Assembly (NCBI RefSeq): GCF_902652985.1
Contig: NC_047026.1
Location: 26,102,001-26,166,000 of the forward strand
From: Pecten maximus
Lineage: Eukaryota
Direction: 5' to 3'
Length of the DNA stretch: 64,000 nt
In this document: positions 30,201-45,200 of the stretch, one piece after another
Position numbering within the stretch: position 1 is the stretch's first letter
Layout: each line of letters opens with the position of its first letter
The notes under the pieces: generated by a model
Database searches by the model: none
Told to the model about the DNA's origin: nothing
The model's input: the letters and a program-made list of their open reading frames with translations, nothing else
Program-made: the position numbers and the translations under genes

Positions 30201-33200
30201 CAATGGTCCTTATCAACCCGCATTTCTCAAAAGTACTGCTGTAAGCTCTGTAGCAGTCACATTACCCCAGTTACTGTATACATCAAGACTAGGCTGAGCT
30301 AAATCCAGTTCTTTATAGCATATACAGATGGTCTTTGCCTATCCGAAACCGTAAACATCATAATAAAATCACAATTTAACGTATATATACATAATGTGTG
30401 ACCTTGATAACTGACTGTTTGATACAAAATGTATATATAATATCTAACATGTCCTTTCGTAACATGTGTATATGTGGTAGTAATATCTGTTTATAGTTTT
30501 ATTATTTATTTGTGTCTACACAGAAAGTTATGAAAGGAAATTATCTGAAGTTCGCACGGTCTTTATATCTTATTTCAGAATGATGGAAATATTACCAAGG
30601 TAATTATCTCGTGTTTATAGGTCTATAAATACATTTAACCATCTACAAACAGGCATGAACTTCACATAACCGTACTATGGTAATGAACCTCATATTATGT
30701 ACAATTTGCTTCCTCAAGAGATTGCTTTATAATGTCCGTGAACTATATTTACGGAATCATTATTCTTTATATGATAATTTAGATAAATTTAGCAAATACT
30801 AATTGTTTGTATTTCTTTATATAGATATGACCGATCAATAAATAGATAAATATTTCCAAATGTGTATTATCCTTGATACCTTTTAATTCGTTCTAGGATC
30901 ATATGCATGGCCTTGGCTCGACTTTGTGCTTGGTCAGCGAGCATGACTTGATGGCTGAAATCTTTAAAATGCATATCTGGGGGTATGCTCATGGACACCG
31001 GTGCCACGCGTCTCTCATACGCCCTCAGGTGCACGAAGCGCACGAGCTGTGTGACATCAAGCAACGCATCTGTGTGGAAATTAAATTGGAATGTTAATAC
31101 AACCATATACTAACCCTGACTACCCCATACTACCCCATACTACCCATACTACCCCATCCCCACACGACCCATATTACCCCATATTACCCCATACTACCCA
31201 ATAATACCCATACTACCCATCCCCACACGACCCATATTACCCCATACTACCCCATCCCCACACGACCCATATTACCCCATACTACCCCATCCCCACACGA
31301 CCCATATAACCCCATACTACTCCATCCCCATACGACCCATATTACCCCATACTACCCATGCTACCCCATACTGATCCCATACTACCACATACCAACCCAT
31401 ACTACCCCATAATACCCATACTACCCCATACTGATCCTATACTACCCATACTACCCCATACTACCCATACTACCCCATAATACCCATACTACCCATACTG
31501 ATCCTATACTACCCCATACCAACCCATACTACCCCATACTACCCATACTACCCATACTACCCCATAATACCCATACTACCCCATACTACCCCATAATACC
31601 CATACTACCCATACCAACCCATACTACCCATACTACCCCATACTACCCATAATACCCATACTACCCATACTACCCCATACTACCCATACTACCCATACTA
31701 CCCCATAATACCCATACTACCCCATACTACCCCATACTACCCCATACTACCCATACTACCCATACTACCCCATACTGATCCCATACTACCCCATACTACC
31801 ACATAATACCCATACTACCCCATACTGACCCATACTACCCCATACTACCCATACTACCCATACTACCCCATACTGATCCCATACTACCCCATACTGATCC
31901 CATACTACCCCATACTACCCCATACTACCCCATACTACCCCATAATACCCATACTACCCATACTACCCATAACCATAATACCCCATACTGATCCCATACT
32001 ACCCATACTGATCCCATACTACCCCATACTGATCCCATACTACCCCATACCATCCATACTACCCCATAATACCACATACTACCCAATACCCATACCCCAT
32101 ACTACCCCATACTACCCCATAATACCCCATACTGATCCCATACTACCCCATACTACCCCATAATACCACATACTACCCATACTACCCCATACTACCCCAT
32201 ACTGATCCCATACTACCCCATACAGATCCCATACTACCCCATACTACCCCATAATACCCATACTACCCCTTACTGATCCCATACTACCCCATACTACCCC
32301 ATAATACCCCATACTGATCCCATACTACCCCATAATACACCATAATACACCATACTGATCCTATACTACCCCATACTGATCCTATACTACCCCATACTGA
32401 TCCTATACTACCCCATACTGATCCTATACTACCCCATACTGATCCTATACTACCCCATACCAACCCATACTACCCATAATACCCATACTACCCCATACTG
32501 ATCCTATACTACCCATACTACCCCATACTACCCCATACTGATCCTATACTACAACATACCAACCCATACTACCCCGTACTACCACATCCTGTCATGCTTT
32601 ACCCTCACATTTTCATTCTAACAAGAATGATTTAATGTTATAATTGATGAAATTGTTTGAGAAATTCGAGACAGATACTATATTTGACTACCATGATCAG
32701 GAATGGACCGGACCAAGGAAGGACCGTTCCACATACTACCTCATACCCCCGGTATACTTATATAGAATATGTGTGGTGGTAAGCCTGCTGTGCACTATGA
32801 TATTAAATACAGCAGAGATAGCCTTTGGTCTTTTTATTATAATTATTATTGTTGACTCTCAAGTAAAAGAGAGGAAGAGTCAACTTTAAAGTCATAGGGT
32901 CTACAATATTCATGCAAAAATGTAGGCCCAGTTTTCATAGAAATGACTCTCAAGCTGAATAAACAAATTTGAAAATGCCTTACATTGTTTTGCTTGCGCT
33001 TGCGCTTGTCATAATCATCATTCAGGAGGTTTTTGCGATTGTTTTCTGCTGAATTCGACTTAATACCGTAGCGCTTGGTTTCCAACATTTAAAAAGATTC
33101 ATACATTTTTGGATTACACATTTTCTTGTACTATCATTTTAAACACGGGATGTTTTGGGAGAAATATCGCAGATCTTATGTGTTTAATACAGATAATACG

Positions 33201-36200
33201 TATATGAATGGAATACAAAATAAATCGACGGAACAGAAAATCTCTCATGTCATAAAACACTCTTTTAATTACATGTGTAGCCAAACAGAGGAAGGGATGA
33301 CAGGATATTTCTGTTGTAAAATTTGTATAATAAACAGAGTCCAGGACATATTTAAGGATTAAATGAGGTAATTATTGTTTTCCATCGAAACTGAAGTGTT
33401 CTCTGTCGCTTTTGAACACAGGCTTTACGTTTGTGACTGAACATTATAAACTATGACATGATAGAAAGGTCGCGTTCAAAACATCACGTTTAATTTAGTT
33501 TATTCGTGTTAATATTAAATATCAAACAGGAAAAGGAAAATCAGATATAGATAGGCTTCCTACTGTAACCAAGGTAAAAATCGCAACACGGTCTACATTT
33601 ATGTGTGTGACATTTGAAATGAAAACGTTTTGATTAAAATCATGTTTATCTATTTCTAAATCAGTTTTACATATATAAATGTATATGTTTCGTGTCATTG
33701 CTGTCGTGAATTCAAATTGTACACAGATACAGATGTGACCATTGTTTAAACGCTGGCCTGAACCTGAACAGTGGCAAGTTGAAACATAACAAATCTAGTT
33801 AATGAACAACATTACACCCAGGATATCAAAACCAATGGGGAAATTCCTGAATATTTTGTATGATAGTGTATTGCGTACTGACCGTAAGCCCGATTGTTTT
33901 CGTCATGAATGACCTTCAGCTGGTTTTTCACTTCTGTTATGTCATGTCGTGCACCAGAGTGAATACTCATAAAACGTTCGCTCACCTGAAATGTATCGCA
34001 AATGGTTAAAATTAATTTCGTTTTAAAAATCAAAATCTGGATATATTTAAATATAATTAGAAACTGCTCTTTCTCAATCGCATTGACTACCCTGTTTTGC
34101 TGTCATGGTTTATCAATGTTGTTTATTTGTTTGTTTGTTTGTTTGTTTTTTTAAGAACATTTTGTATAGGTGTTCGTATAAAGGTTCCGTATTAGGACAT
34201 TTAAAACATAAAAAACATAAGTGGTCATTGAGTACTTCTATCAACAGTCTGATTTCATGGTACAATATTTGTTACACATATTATCCTTACATAAAACACT
34301 TAATTATTTTGTTTAAGATTTTTACAAATTATACTGTACCTTTTTCACTTTCTTTTGCATAATTTGAAGGACATTTGCCATGGTCTGTTTAAGGTTGTGA
34401 ACCGCCACGTTTAGTTTGGGTCGCATTCGTTGTTCCTGGCATTATACAGAAAAACAAAAACTTAAGATAGATCTTCTTAATGTCAACAAATATCATGATT
34501 ATGTGCATCCTCCATCTTCGGTATTATTGTTATTACCACTACAATAATAACGTAAGAGGTCTGAAAACGTTAATCTGTAAATCATTTTTAAATGATAAAC
34601 TTGAATATATGTTTTACGTTATAAAGACATAACACAAAAATGGAGTAAACTCTAGATAAACCGGAAGCATATTAATATGATAGTACACTCTGGGTTTGTG
34701 TTTTATACGTAGCTCGATAACATAAGCATATATTCAAGTTAATCCTTATAATTCAATTTACTATACACGATCACTGTGAAAATTATTTTTTTATGAACGG
34801 TTTATTTACAGTTAAGTAATTATATTAAAGGGTACAGTATATGGCTGCACAACACACAATAAGATATTAAAGATTGATAATGATTGTTACACTATATGGC
34901 TGTACAGCACACAATAGACACTTAAATAATGATAGTAATGAGGACATTTGTATATACCGAATAAGAGTAATATCAAACGTCCTAGAAGTCGTCATTAATG
35001 CTTGGGGCAAAACGTGTGAAAATTAAAAAAGGAAGTTAGAAAAATCTCAATGCGTCTCACTTATAAGATTAAAATATCGGAGAGGTGCACTACAACAACT
35101 TAACATCTAACAAGATTTGCTGAATATATGGTTGTCTTATTAAGGTTTTCTACAGCTCATGTGTATGTTTTAATGTTTTTAATGCGCGCTACATATACCA
35201 AAACTGCTCGTGCTGTAAATTAGGCTTATCAATGATGTCCGCCGCCGAATTAAGAAGGATTTTTTTTTTTTTTTTTTTAGATGCGTATGCTTTAGGAAGA
35301 CACGATTTACATATGATGGCGTTAATAAGCTGGTCTTAACTTATCTCCCAACATTGCAGGTACATTAATGATCAGTGAATCGTACGATACAAACGAGCGT
35401 TCCGTAAATCTTCCTAGGACTGGGAAATAGAACAAAGCTAATTCCTAACCGACATGTTTTTCTGTATTCGGTAACAGTGATACTGCAATTCGACAGTATT
35501 CTTCGAGATATACATATTTGAGTAAATGCGCAAGGGGGACTACTACTAACAAATACACAAACAAATTAATCATTATTGAAAGAAATTGCCCAAAATATTC
35601 AACACTCAGTTTGTTGACTAAACTAATCACAAAATTAGTACAAGTTAGCTCAAATTTCATCAAAATTCATTTACTTAAAATTTTCCATAGTAAAACATTA
35701 CAAAATTTAAAGGTAAACGAAATGCTGATTTGTTTTTTATTGTTTCCACAATTAAAACATTCACTCATCATTCAATTTTATTATTTTATTACTTTAAATC
35801 GTCTCATGTGTGCGTTATATTTTTTAAATGGTAAATAATAAAGGACCTCTCGAAATCGCATGTTAAACCTAGCATGAGTTATCGCTCTTGAATCGTTTCA
35901 ATTTTTGTTTTCTATGGATACTTTAAGGAATGCCTTAATGTAAGGATCGTTGAAAAAACCATGACCCGGAAAAAAACAGTCTTACCAGTCTGGAGACCGC
36001 TGCAGGCGCTCTTTGTCCATATCCATAACGACGTCTGTATCCTTGACGACGACTGTACCTGAAAGGAGAATGGTTTTGCATTCCATTCTCCATTGCTCCA
36101 GGACTTATCTGGAGGTCCTTGTCGTTGTATTGATGGTGTACCCCTATGTTTCTGTGGTAGAGCCGATTCTCCGACAATTAAGCCTTGTCCACTTATTGAT

Positions 36201-39200
36201 AGATTTCTCGATTTACTACTATCTTCTGTGAGTGATGTTCGAAATAACTCTTTTTGAGATGATCTGTGATGTGGTGGGTCTCTTTCAAAAGCGAGTTCGT
36301 CATTTTTGAGCTGTAGGTTTCTGGGTGATTCTTGTCGATGGGATGCAGATGGATGCTTCCTGCCTTTCTTCTTGTGATGTCGCCTCCGATTCGTTCTGCT
36401 ATTTCTTGGAAGCTCTGTTCTTGTTTTTCTATCGCCATGATGTCCCGGATGAAGTGCTGGCGACTTGTGAAGAGCATCAAGTCTTTGTCTGTGTCTGTTT
36501 CGGATATGCCGTGTGCCTCTCCTGGATGCACTGTTGTGATGTCTTTTCTCTGTAGTAATATCCACATTTTCACATTCTGTAATAAAACATACATCAAATC
36601 AAATAATTTGAAAAAACATTCGTTCCGTGAAAATGAAGGTATTTTCTTCTTTTTTCATTGCTTTCTAAATTATGGCCGGCGGAAACACAAACCCCTTTAC
36701 TTATGCTATCACGGTGAAACACCTAAAGCACTACTCCATACTATTCTTGATAAGCAGGAAAGAAACAAACTCTGACTAGTTTTGCATAAGATAAACAGGT
36801 TGAAATCCCGAGCACGATAGTTTATTGGTCATCATGTGTAGATCCTTGGTTACAAATGTAAACATAATTATAGATAACCCTTCATAAGTAGTTTGATATC
36901 ATATTCTCTCTTCTGATCGAAAACCTTGGCTATATGGGTTATCAGTAAACGGATAGAACACCAAAAGAACCCTGTTATATATGGGGTTTTTGTGATGTTG
37001 TACCCGTTTACTTATAACCGATGTAGCCAGGACTTTGTTTGTGATATAGCCATTTGCTAGCGAAAAAAAACTCTTGATATATAATTAGTTAACGGATACA
37101 ACCCTGGCTACATAGCTTATTAGTAAACTGGTACAAAATCAACAATCCCATGGATACATACGATATTAGTAAACTGGTACAACATCAACAAAATCCTGGA
37201 TACATACATTATTTGTAAACGGGTACAACGTCAACAAATCCCTGACTACATAGGCTATCAGTAAACGGGTATAACACCAACAAAACCCTGACTACATAGG
37301 CTATCAGTAAACGGGTATAACACCAACAAAACCCTGACTACATAGGCTATCAGTAAACGGGTATAACACCAACAAAACCCTGACTACATAGGCTATCAGT
37401 AAACGGGTATAACACCAACAAAACCCTGACTACATAGGCTATCAGTAAACGGGTATAACACCAACAAAACCCTGACTACATAGGCTATCAGTAAACGGGT
37501 ACAACGTCAACAAAACCCTGGCTACATAGGTTTTCAGTAAACGGGTACAACACCAGCAAAACCCTGGCTACATAGGCTATCAGTAAACGGGTACAACACC
37601 AACAAAACCCTGACTACATAGGCTATCAGTAAACGGGTACAACGTCAACAAAACCCTGACTACATAGGCTATCAGTAAACGGGTATAACACCAACAAAAC
37701 CCTGACTACATAGGCTATCAGTAAACGGGTACAACGTCAACAAAACCCTGACTACATAGGCTATCAGTAAACGGGTACAACGTCAACAAAACCCTGACTA
37801 CATAGGCTATCAGTAAACGGGTACAACGTCAACAAAACCCTGACTACATAGGCTATCAGTAAACGGGTATAACACCAACAAAACCCTGGCTACATAGGTT
37901 TTCAGTAAACGGGTATAACACCAACAAAACCCTGACTACATAGGCTATCAGTAAACGGGTATAACACCAACAAAACCCTGGCTACATAGGTTTTCAGTAA
38001 ACGGGTACAACACCAGCAAAACCCTGACTACATAGGCTATCAGTAAACGGGTATAACACCAACAATCCCCTGCATACATACGTTATTAGTAAACGGGTAT
38101 AACACCAACAAAACCCTGGCTACATACGTTATTAGTAAATGGGTTGATCATTCATCAAAACCCTGTGTTTATAAGAGATTTGTAAATTGGTAGATACATC
38201 TCATCAGTAATTGGTTGGTAAGTAGGTAGACAGGCTACATAGGTTATTGATGAAAACTTCAAAATCACATAGGAAAACCTAGCTTGTAGTTTATTGGTAA
38301 TGGCGCAGTGTAGAAGACTCCAGTAACTGTTTGTCACGACGGCGTTCAGCGAACCTATATCAAATTATTGTATTAAGACAACTGTTAAAAAGGTTCCCAA
38401 TAGTACGCCCAGTTTACGTCACGCAGTGTCGAACTATCTCGTTTTGCCATTGAGAAATACCCGTTCAGCCTATCCTTGCTAAAGAATCTCGATTAAAGAG
38501 AACATGTCAAGAAACTAGGCCATATTTCCCATTAGTTAAGGTCAATCAAAAAGTAAGAGTATCGAATAACCAGACCCATTCACGTATCCAACACTTACAT
38601 TACACAAATCTTTTAAATAGCCAGTAACTGTAAGAACTTGTAAAATGTCAATGAATGGAATTCTACCAAACATATTTAAATGGTAAAGAGAATAAGTTCA
38701 AATGGTTCTACACTGATTTACTTCTTTCTTTAATATATAACTTGTTTTTGAAAATAATTTAAACAATAAAATAGCATTGGTGAATTATTGGTTTTGAAGT
38801 CGTCCTACCAATTATACACTTTATATTTTCGTACACCTTGTTATTAACCACTGTATATTTATCCAAGTCAGATATGATCTTACAGTCATAAAAAAAACTC
38901 CCACGCAGCCTTTTACTACATGTATGTTAAATACTACATAGTAGATGTATTAACATGTCTTGAGTTACCTGTATACATATTTTACATAGATAAGCTAAAA
39001 CATGAACAGTTCACCAAACTGGTTACGAAATAAAAATCCTAAACGTGGCGCCACTTTGTGTTTGTTTGCGAAGTATTAACATTACAATAGCCGTAACCCA
39101 TGAACTGAGATATCGCCATTGACTAGATACGCCGATATTTGTCATGAGGTGATTTTAGAGGTGTGTTATTTTCAGCCAATCAGAACCGTGTATGGTATAT

Positions 39201-42200
39201 GTCCTGATCGAGCCAGGTGAGGTGATTATGAGTTTATGGCCTAGATACGGCGTGTTTGGTGCAGCGTGTCTGATTCTGATGTGCATTATGAAATATATAT
39301 ATATAGCCAGGTTTATAATCAGTTAAATGTCGCTTTCTCAGCTAAGCTACTAACATCAAGGTCACGCTTTGATGGAAAAGATTTTAAGCTAAATATCACT
39401 TGTTACAAAGAAAAAATACACTAAGATAAAACTATGATTACGGTTTGAGTTTACATTGTTTTAAGAACGGTCTCCCCTTTGGGCGAGATGAATGCGTTTG
39501 GTGTGTGTATGTGTGCTTTTGGAGGTTAATGTGATAGCGCGGAAATGATGCCTTCTAAAAGTGCTATCTCACTTAAGCATACTGCCGAATACATCCAGCA
39601 GGACATCCCACCCGGTCATATCATAATGACAACGAGCGAACCGGTCGTTTCACTCTAAAAATACCGAGCGTTAAGCGGGAGTAGAAATTACTGCTGTATA
39701 GACCGTTAGGAAGGACAATATCAAGGGAGGCATTAGGAAGGGCAGTATCAAGGGAGGCATTAGGAAGAACAGTATCAAGGGAGGCATTAGGAAGGACAGT
39801 ATCAAGGGGACATTAGGAAGGACAGTATCAAGGGAGGCATTAGGAAGGACAGTATCAAGGGAGGCATTAGGAAGGGCAGTATCAAGGGGGCATTAGGAAG
39901 GGCAGTATCAAGGGAGGCATTAGGAAGGGCAGTAGCAAGGGGACATTAGGAAGGGCAGTATCAAGGGAGGTATTAGGAAGGACAGTATCAAGGGAGGCAT
40001 TAGGAAGGGCAGTATCAAGGGAGGTATTAGGAAGGGCAGTATCAAGGGGACATTAGGAAGGGCAGTATCAAGGGGACATTAGGAAGGGCAGTATCAAGGG
40101 GGCATTAGGAAGGGCAGTATCAAGGGGGCATTAGGAAGAGCAGTATCAAGGGAGGCATTAGGAAGGGCAGTATCAAGGGGACATTGGGAAGGGCAGTATC
40201 AAGGGGGCATTAGGAAGGGCAGTATCAAGGGGACATTAGGAAGGGCAGTATCAAGGGGACATTAGGAAGGACAGTATCAAGGGGGCATTAGGAAGGGCAG
40301 TATCAAGGGAGGCATTAGGAAGGGCAGTATCAAGGGGACATTAGGAAGGGCAGTATTAAGGGAGGCATTAGGAAGGGCAGTATCAAGGGAGGCATTAGGA
40401 AGGACAGTATCAAGGGAGGCATTAGGAAGGGCAGTATCAAGGGAGGCATTAGGAAGGACAGTATCAAGGGGACATTAGGAAGGGCAGTATCAAGGGAGGC
40501 ATTAGGAAGGACAGTATCAAGGGAGGCATTAGGAAGGACAGTATCAAGGGGGCATTAGGAAGGACAGTATCAAGGGAGGCATTAGGAAGGGCAGTATCAA
40601 GGGAGGCATTAGGAAGGGCAGTATCAAGGGGGCATTAGGAAGGGCAGTATCAAGGGAGGCATTAGGAAGGGCAGTATCAAGGAGGCATTAGGAAGGGTAG
40701 AAATTTGCCTATGAAGGAAGTATCAAGGGAGGCATTAGGAAGTGCAGTATCAAGGGAGGAATTAGGAACGGCAGTGCCAAGGGGGCATTAGGAACGGCAG
40801 TATCAAGGGAGGCATTAGGAACGGCAGTGCCAAGGGGGCATTAGGAAGGGCAGTATCAAGGGAGGTATTAGGAACGGCAGTGCCAAGGGGGCATTAGGAA
40901 GGGCAGTATCAAGGGAGGTATTAGGAACGGCAGTGCCAAGGGGGCATTAGGAAGGGCAGTATCAAGGGAGGTATTAGGAACGGCAGTATCAAGGGGGGCA
41001 TTAGGAAGGGCAGTGCCAAGGGGGCATTAGGAGGCTTAGTTATATATACAGAAGAGAGGATATTGTATCCAAAATAGTCGCATTTTACGAATTATTCAAT
41101 GTAGAAAGCAAAATGTGTTAAAACTCATGATTGGGGGTTACAAATGCTACAACCTGCTCATATAACTCTTATAATGTTTGTACTGTATCTTACATGTTAC
41201 ACAGACCCCCTTTAAAAAAAACTCAGATCTATCTAAATTATTCTTCCAAGTAATTTTATAGAAATAGAGATTTGTTTATTTAGGGTTTTTTAAATGGTTA
41301 TTTTTAATCCCTAAAATGCTTGTTTTAGATTCTATTTAAGGGTTTAATCAAGCAATTTGCATTGCGATTTAACATTTAATCATGTGAGTAAGTAAACAAA
41401 TCATTATACCGATATTACTTACTCAAGTAACATTGCATGTTTGGCGTTATTGCATACATAGAATACAATTTTATTACTTACTTAGAAATTAATTATCGAT
41501 TTTCAGATTTTCAGAAACAAATTTGATATTTAATTACTTTTTATTCAATCTTTGTTGTGGAACGGTATTTCTCGATAGAATTATAAATATTCAAAAAATC
41601 CTATCTGTTCTGTAATGAGTTTATCATGTGAGTTCATCAAAACTACACACTTTGTACATAAGACAAGTGAAATACCAACTCCCAAAAAGTATGGCGTTCG
41701 AGATACCAATGATATCGTATTGATATCCTTATATCCTAAAATAAGCAATGATATCTTACATATGTATGATCCTGTGGACATTACATGTACATGCACTGAA
41801 CTAATGAAAACCATACGTCACAAACAATAGACAACATACCTTACTTAACAATCAATAAACAGCAAGTACTATATTTCACAAACAATAGACAGCATTAATC
41901 ATACTTCACAAACAATAGACAGCATTAATGATACTTCACAAACAATAGACAGCATTAATCATACTTCACAAACAATATACAGCATTAATCATACTTCACA
42001 AACAATAGACAGTATTGATGATACTTCACAAACAATAGACAGCATTAATCATAATTCACAAGCAATAGACAGTATTGATGATACTTCACAAACAATAGAC
42101 AGCATTAATCATACTTCACAAACAATAGACAGCATTAATCATACTTCACAAACAATAGACAGCATTAATCATACTTCACAAACAATAGACAGCATTAATC

Positions 42201-45200
42201 ATACTTCACAAACAATAGACATCATTAATCATACTTCACAAACAATGGACAGCATTAATCATACGTCACAAACAATAGACAGCAGATGCGTCACAAACAA
42301 TAAGTAGTAGTAATACATAAAACAAAACACAGGATGTACCATACTTCACAAAGAACAGGATGCACCATACTTCACAAAGAACAGGATGTACCATACTTCT
42401 CAAAGAACAGGATGTACCATACTTCAAAAAGAACAGGATGCACCATACTTCACAAAGAACAGGATGTACCATACTTCACAAAGAACAGGATGTACCATAC
42501 TTCAAAAAGAACAGGATGCACCATACTTCACAAAGAACAGGATGCACCGTACTTCACAAAGAACAGGATGCACCGTACTTCACAAAGAACAGGATGTACC
42601 GTACTTCACAAAGAACAGGATGTACCATACTTCACAAAGAACAGGATGCACCATACTTCACAAAGAACAGGATGCACCATACTTCACAAAGAACAGGATG
42701 CACCATACTTCACAAAGAACAGGATGCACCATACTTCACAAAGAACAGGATGTACCATACTTCACAAAGAACAGGATGTACCATACTTCACAAAGAACAG
42801 GATGTACCATACTTCACAAAGAACAGGATGCACCATACTTCACAAAGAACAGGATGCACCATACTTCACAAAGAACAGGATGTACCATACTTCACAAAGA
42901 ACAGGATGTACCATACTTCACAAAGAACAGGATGTACCATACTGCACAAAGAACAGGATGTACCATACTTCACAAAGAACAGGATGTACCATACTTCACA
43001 AAGAACAGGATGTACCATACTTCACAAAGAACAGGATGTACCATACTTCACAAAGAACAGGATGTACCATACTTCACAAAGAACAGGATGTACCATACTT
43101 CACAAAGAACAGGATGCACCATACTTCACAAAGAACAGGATGCACCATACTTCACAAAGAACAGGATGCACCATACTTCACAAAGAACAGGATGCACCAT
43201 ACTTCACAAAGAACAGGATGTACCATACTTCACAAAGAACAGGATGCACCATACTTCACAAACAAAATATAAAGCATAAACAGTATCACTCATAAAGCAT
43301 ATCTACGAAAAGTAGACCAAATATAAGATTAGGTTAACAGACAATGTATAAACAGTAACAATAAGGTCAGCAGACAAGAGACAAAATATCAACTTTAGCA
43401 CCAACAAATAGACAAAACATAAACTACATGGTCTATTAATAGGCTTAACATGTTTCATAGCGTCAAAACGAGGGGATGAACTATGGATGATTGCATCAAC
43501 ATACATTTATCAGAAAATAAAAGTGGATGCGAGAAATTTATTACGGGAACCAGGAAAAGCTAGACCAATGTACTGAACATAAAACAATTAAGGAAACACT
43601 AGGAATCACATTAGGCTAGGATAACATATACGGATCGGGATCTGGGGGATTTAATGAATTATGCATTACCAGGCACAATTTATACATAAACATTAAACAT
43701 TTATGTTACCACTATATCATACCCGGCATACACCTGTTGCGCTTTGCTGAGTAGCTGTTTGTTCTGATATGACTGGTACACATTAATTAAGATATTGGAT
43801 GTTTGCCAAAAGATGTTTACGTTATGGAATAAACATTTTTATTAGAATTGCTATAAAATAAAATATTTATAGAAAATGATGACTATATGTGGTAAAGGAG
43901 ACGAGAGACGATATTGGAGAGTGACGATTATTATTACAAGTGAGAGGTAAATCAACACGAATGATAAAGATTATTTTTCTTTTATATCTTTTGAATCATT
44001 TCCAAAATCAGCATATTCTGTTAAATATCAACAAAAGCGATATGATTACACAGATAAAACACCATTTGACAAGTAAAATTATTTGCAGTAAAGGCTTCGT
44101 TATTTTGAACGGATAAAGGATTTTAGAAAAGGAATTCGTGACCATCTTCCATTTGATATCTTGTGTCATCCAAGAAAAGTGTGTGATATATATGTAACAT
44201 TCTTGTGTACAAAACAACGTCGAAATAGTGTCATATATCATATCACGTGATAATTACGCAGTTCTGTAGAAACAGTATAGCGTAATCATACTGAAATATT
44301 ACACCTTTCTAGGACATCTTATTTCAACAACAGGTTATCAATCAGGTACAGAGATGTTGGAAGAGAGATAATGAAACAGTGTTGAGGAGGAATGAGAGAG
44401 CGACATAATGCATACATATATTTGGTCAAATTGACCTTAGGATTATACCATTGGATGCAGAACTACCGACAACACAAGCAAATATAATACAAAAATAAAA
44501 ATATCAACAGTCGACGTCTCCTTGAGTGAATTGCGATCCCCAGAATAGAGGGGGGCCAAAATACACTCTAGGAGAGATTGTTTTACTTAGTATCATACAG
44601 ACCTACAGTTACAGATGACTTAGTATCATACAGACCTACAGTTACAGATGACTTAGTATCATACAGACCTACAGTTACAGGGGACTTAGTATCATACAGT
44701 CATACAGCTACATGAGACTTAGTATCATACAGACATACAGTTACAGGGGACTTAGTATCATACAGATACATATGACTTAGTGTCCTACAGACATACAGTT
44801 ACAGGGGACTTAGTATCATACAGACATACAGCTACAGGGGACTTAGTATCATACAGACCTACAGTTACAGGGGACTTAGTATCATACAGATACATATGAC
44901 TTAGTATCATACAGACATACAGTTACAGGGGACTTAGTGTCCTACAGACATACAGTTACAGGGGACTTAGTATCATACAGACATACAGTTACAGATGACT
45001 TAGTATCATACAGACATACAGCTACAGGGGACTTAGTATCATACAGACCTACAGTTACAGGGGACTTAGTATCATACAGACATACAGTTACAGAAAACTT
45101 AGTATACAGTTACAGAAAACTTAGTATCATACAGACAGTTACAGGGGACTTAGTATCATACAGACATACAGTTACAGAAAACTTAGTATCATACAGACCT

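Noticed and set aside
32846-33088. Minus-strand ORF MLETKRY... with a gtaagg donor as an extra gene A exon
   Set aside because: No good acceptor, and its phase (1->0) would break the 1->1 junction between exons 4 and 5.
35061-35089. 29-nt candidate microexon to fix the exon 2/3 frame
   Set aside because: Ends in an in-frame TAA.
42334-43295. Three overlapping ~300-aa ORFs
   Set aside because: Artefact of a stop-free 26-bp tandem repeat; all three frames give the same periodic peptide.
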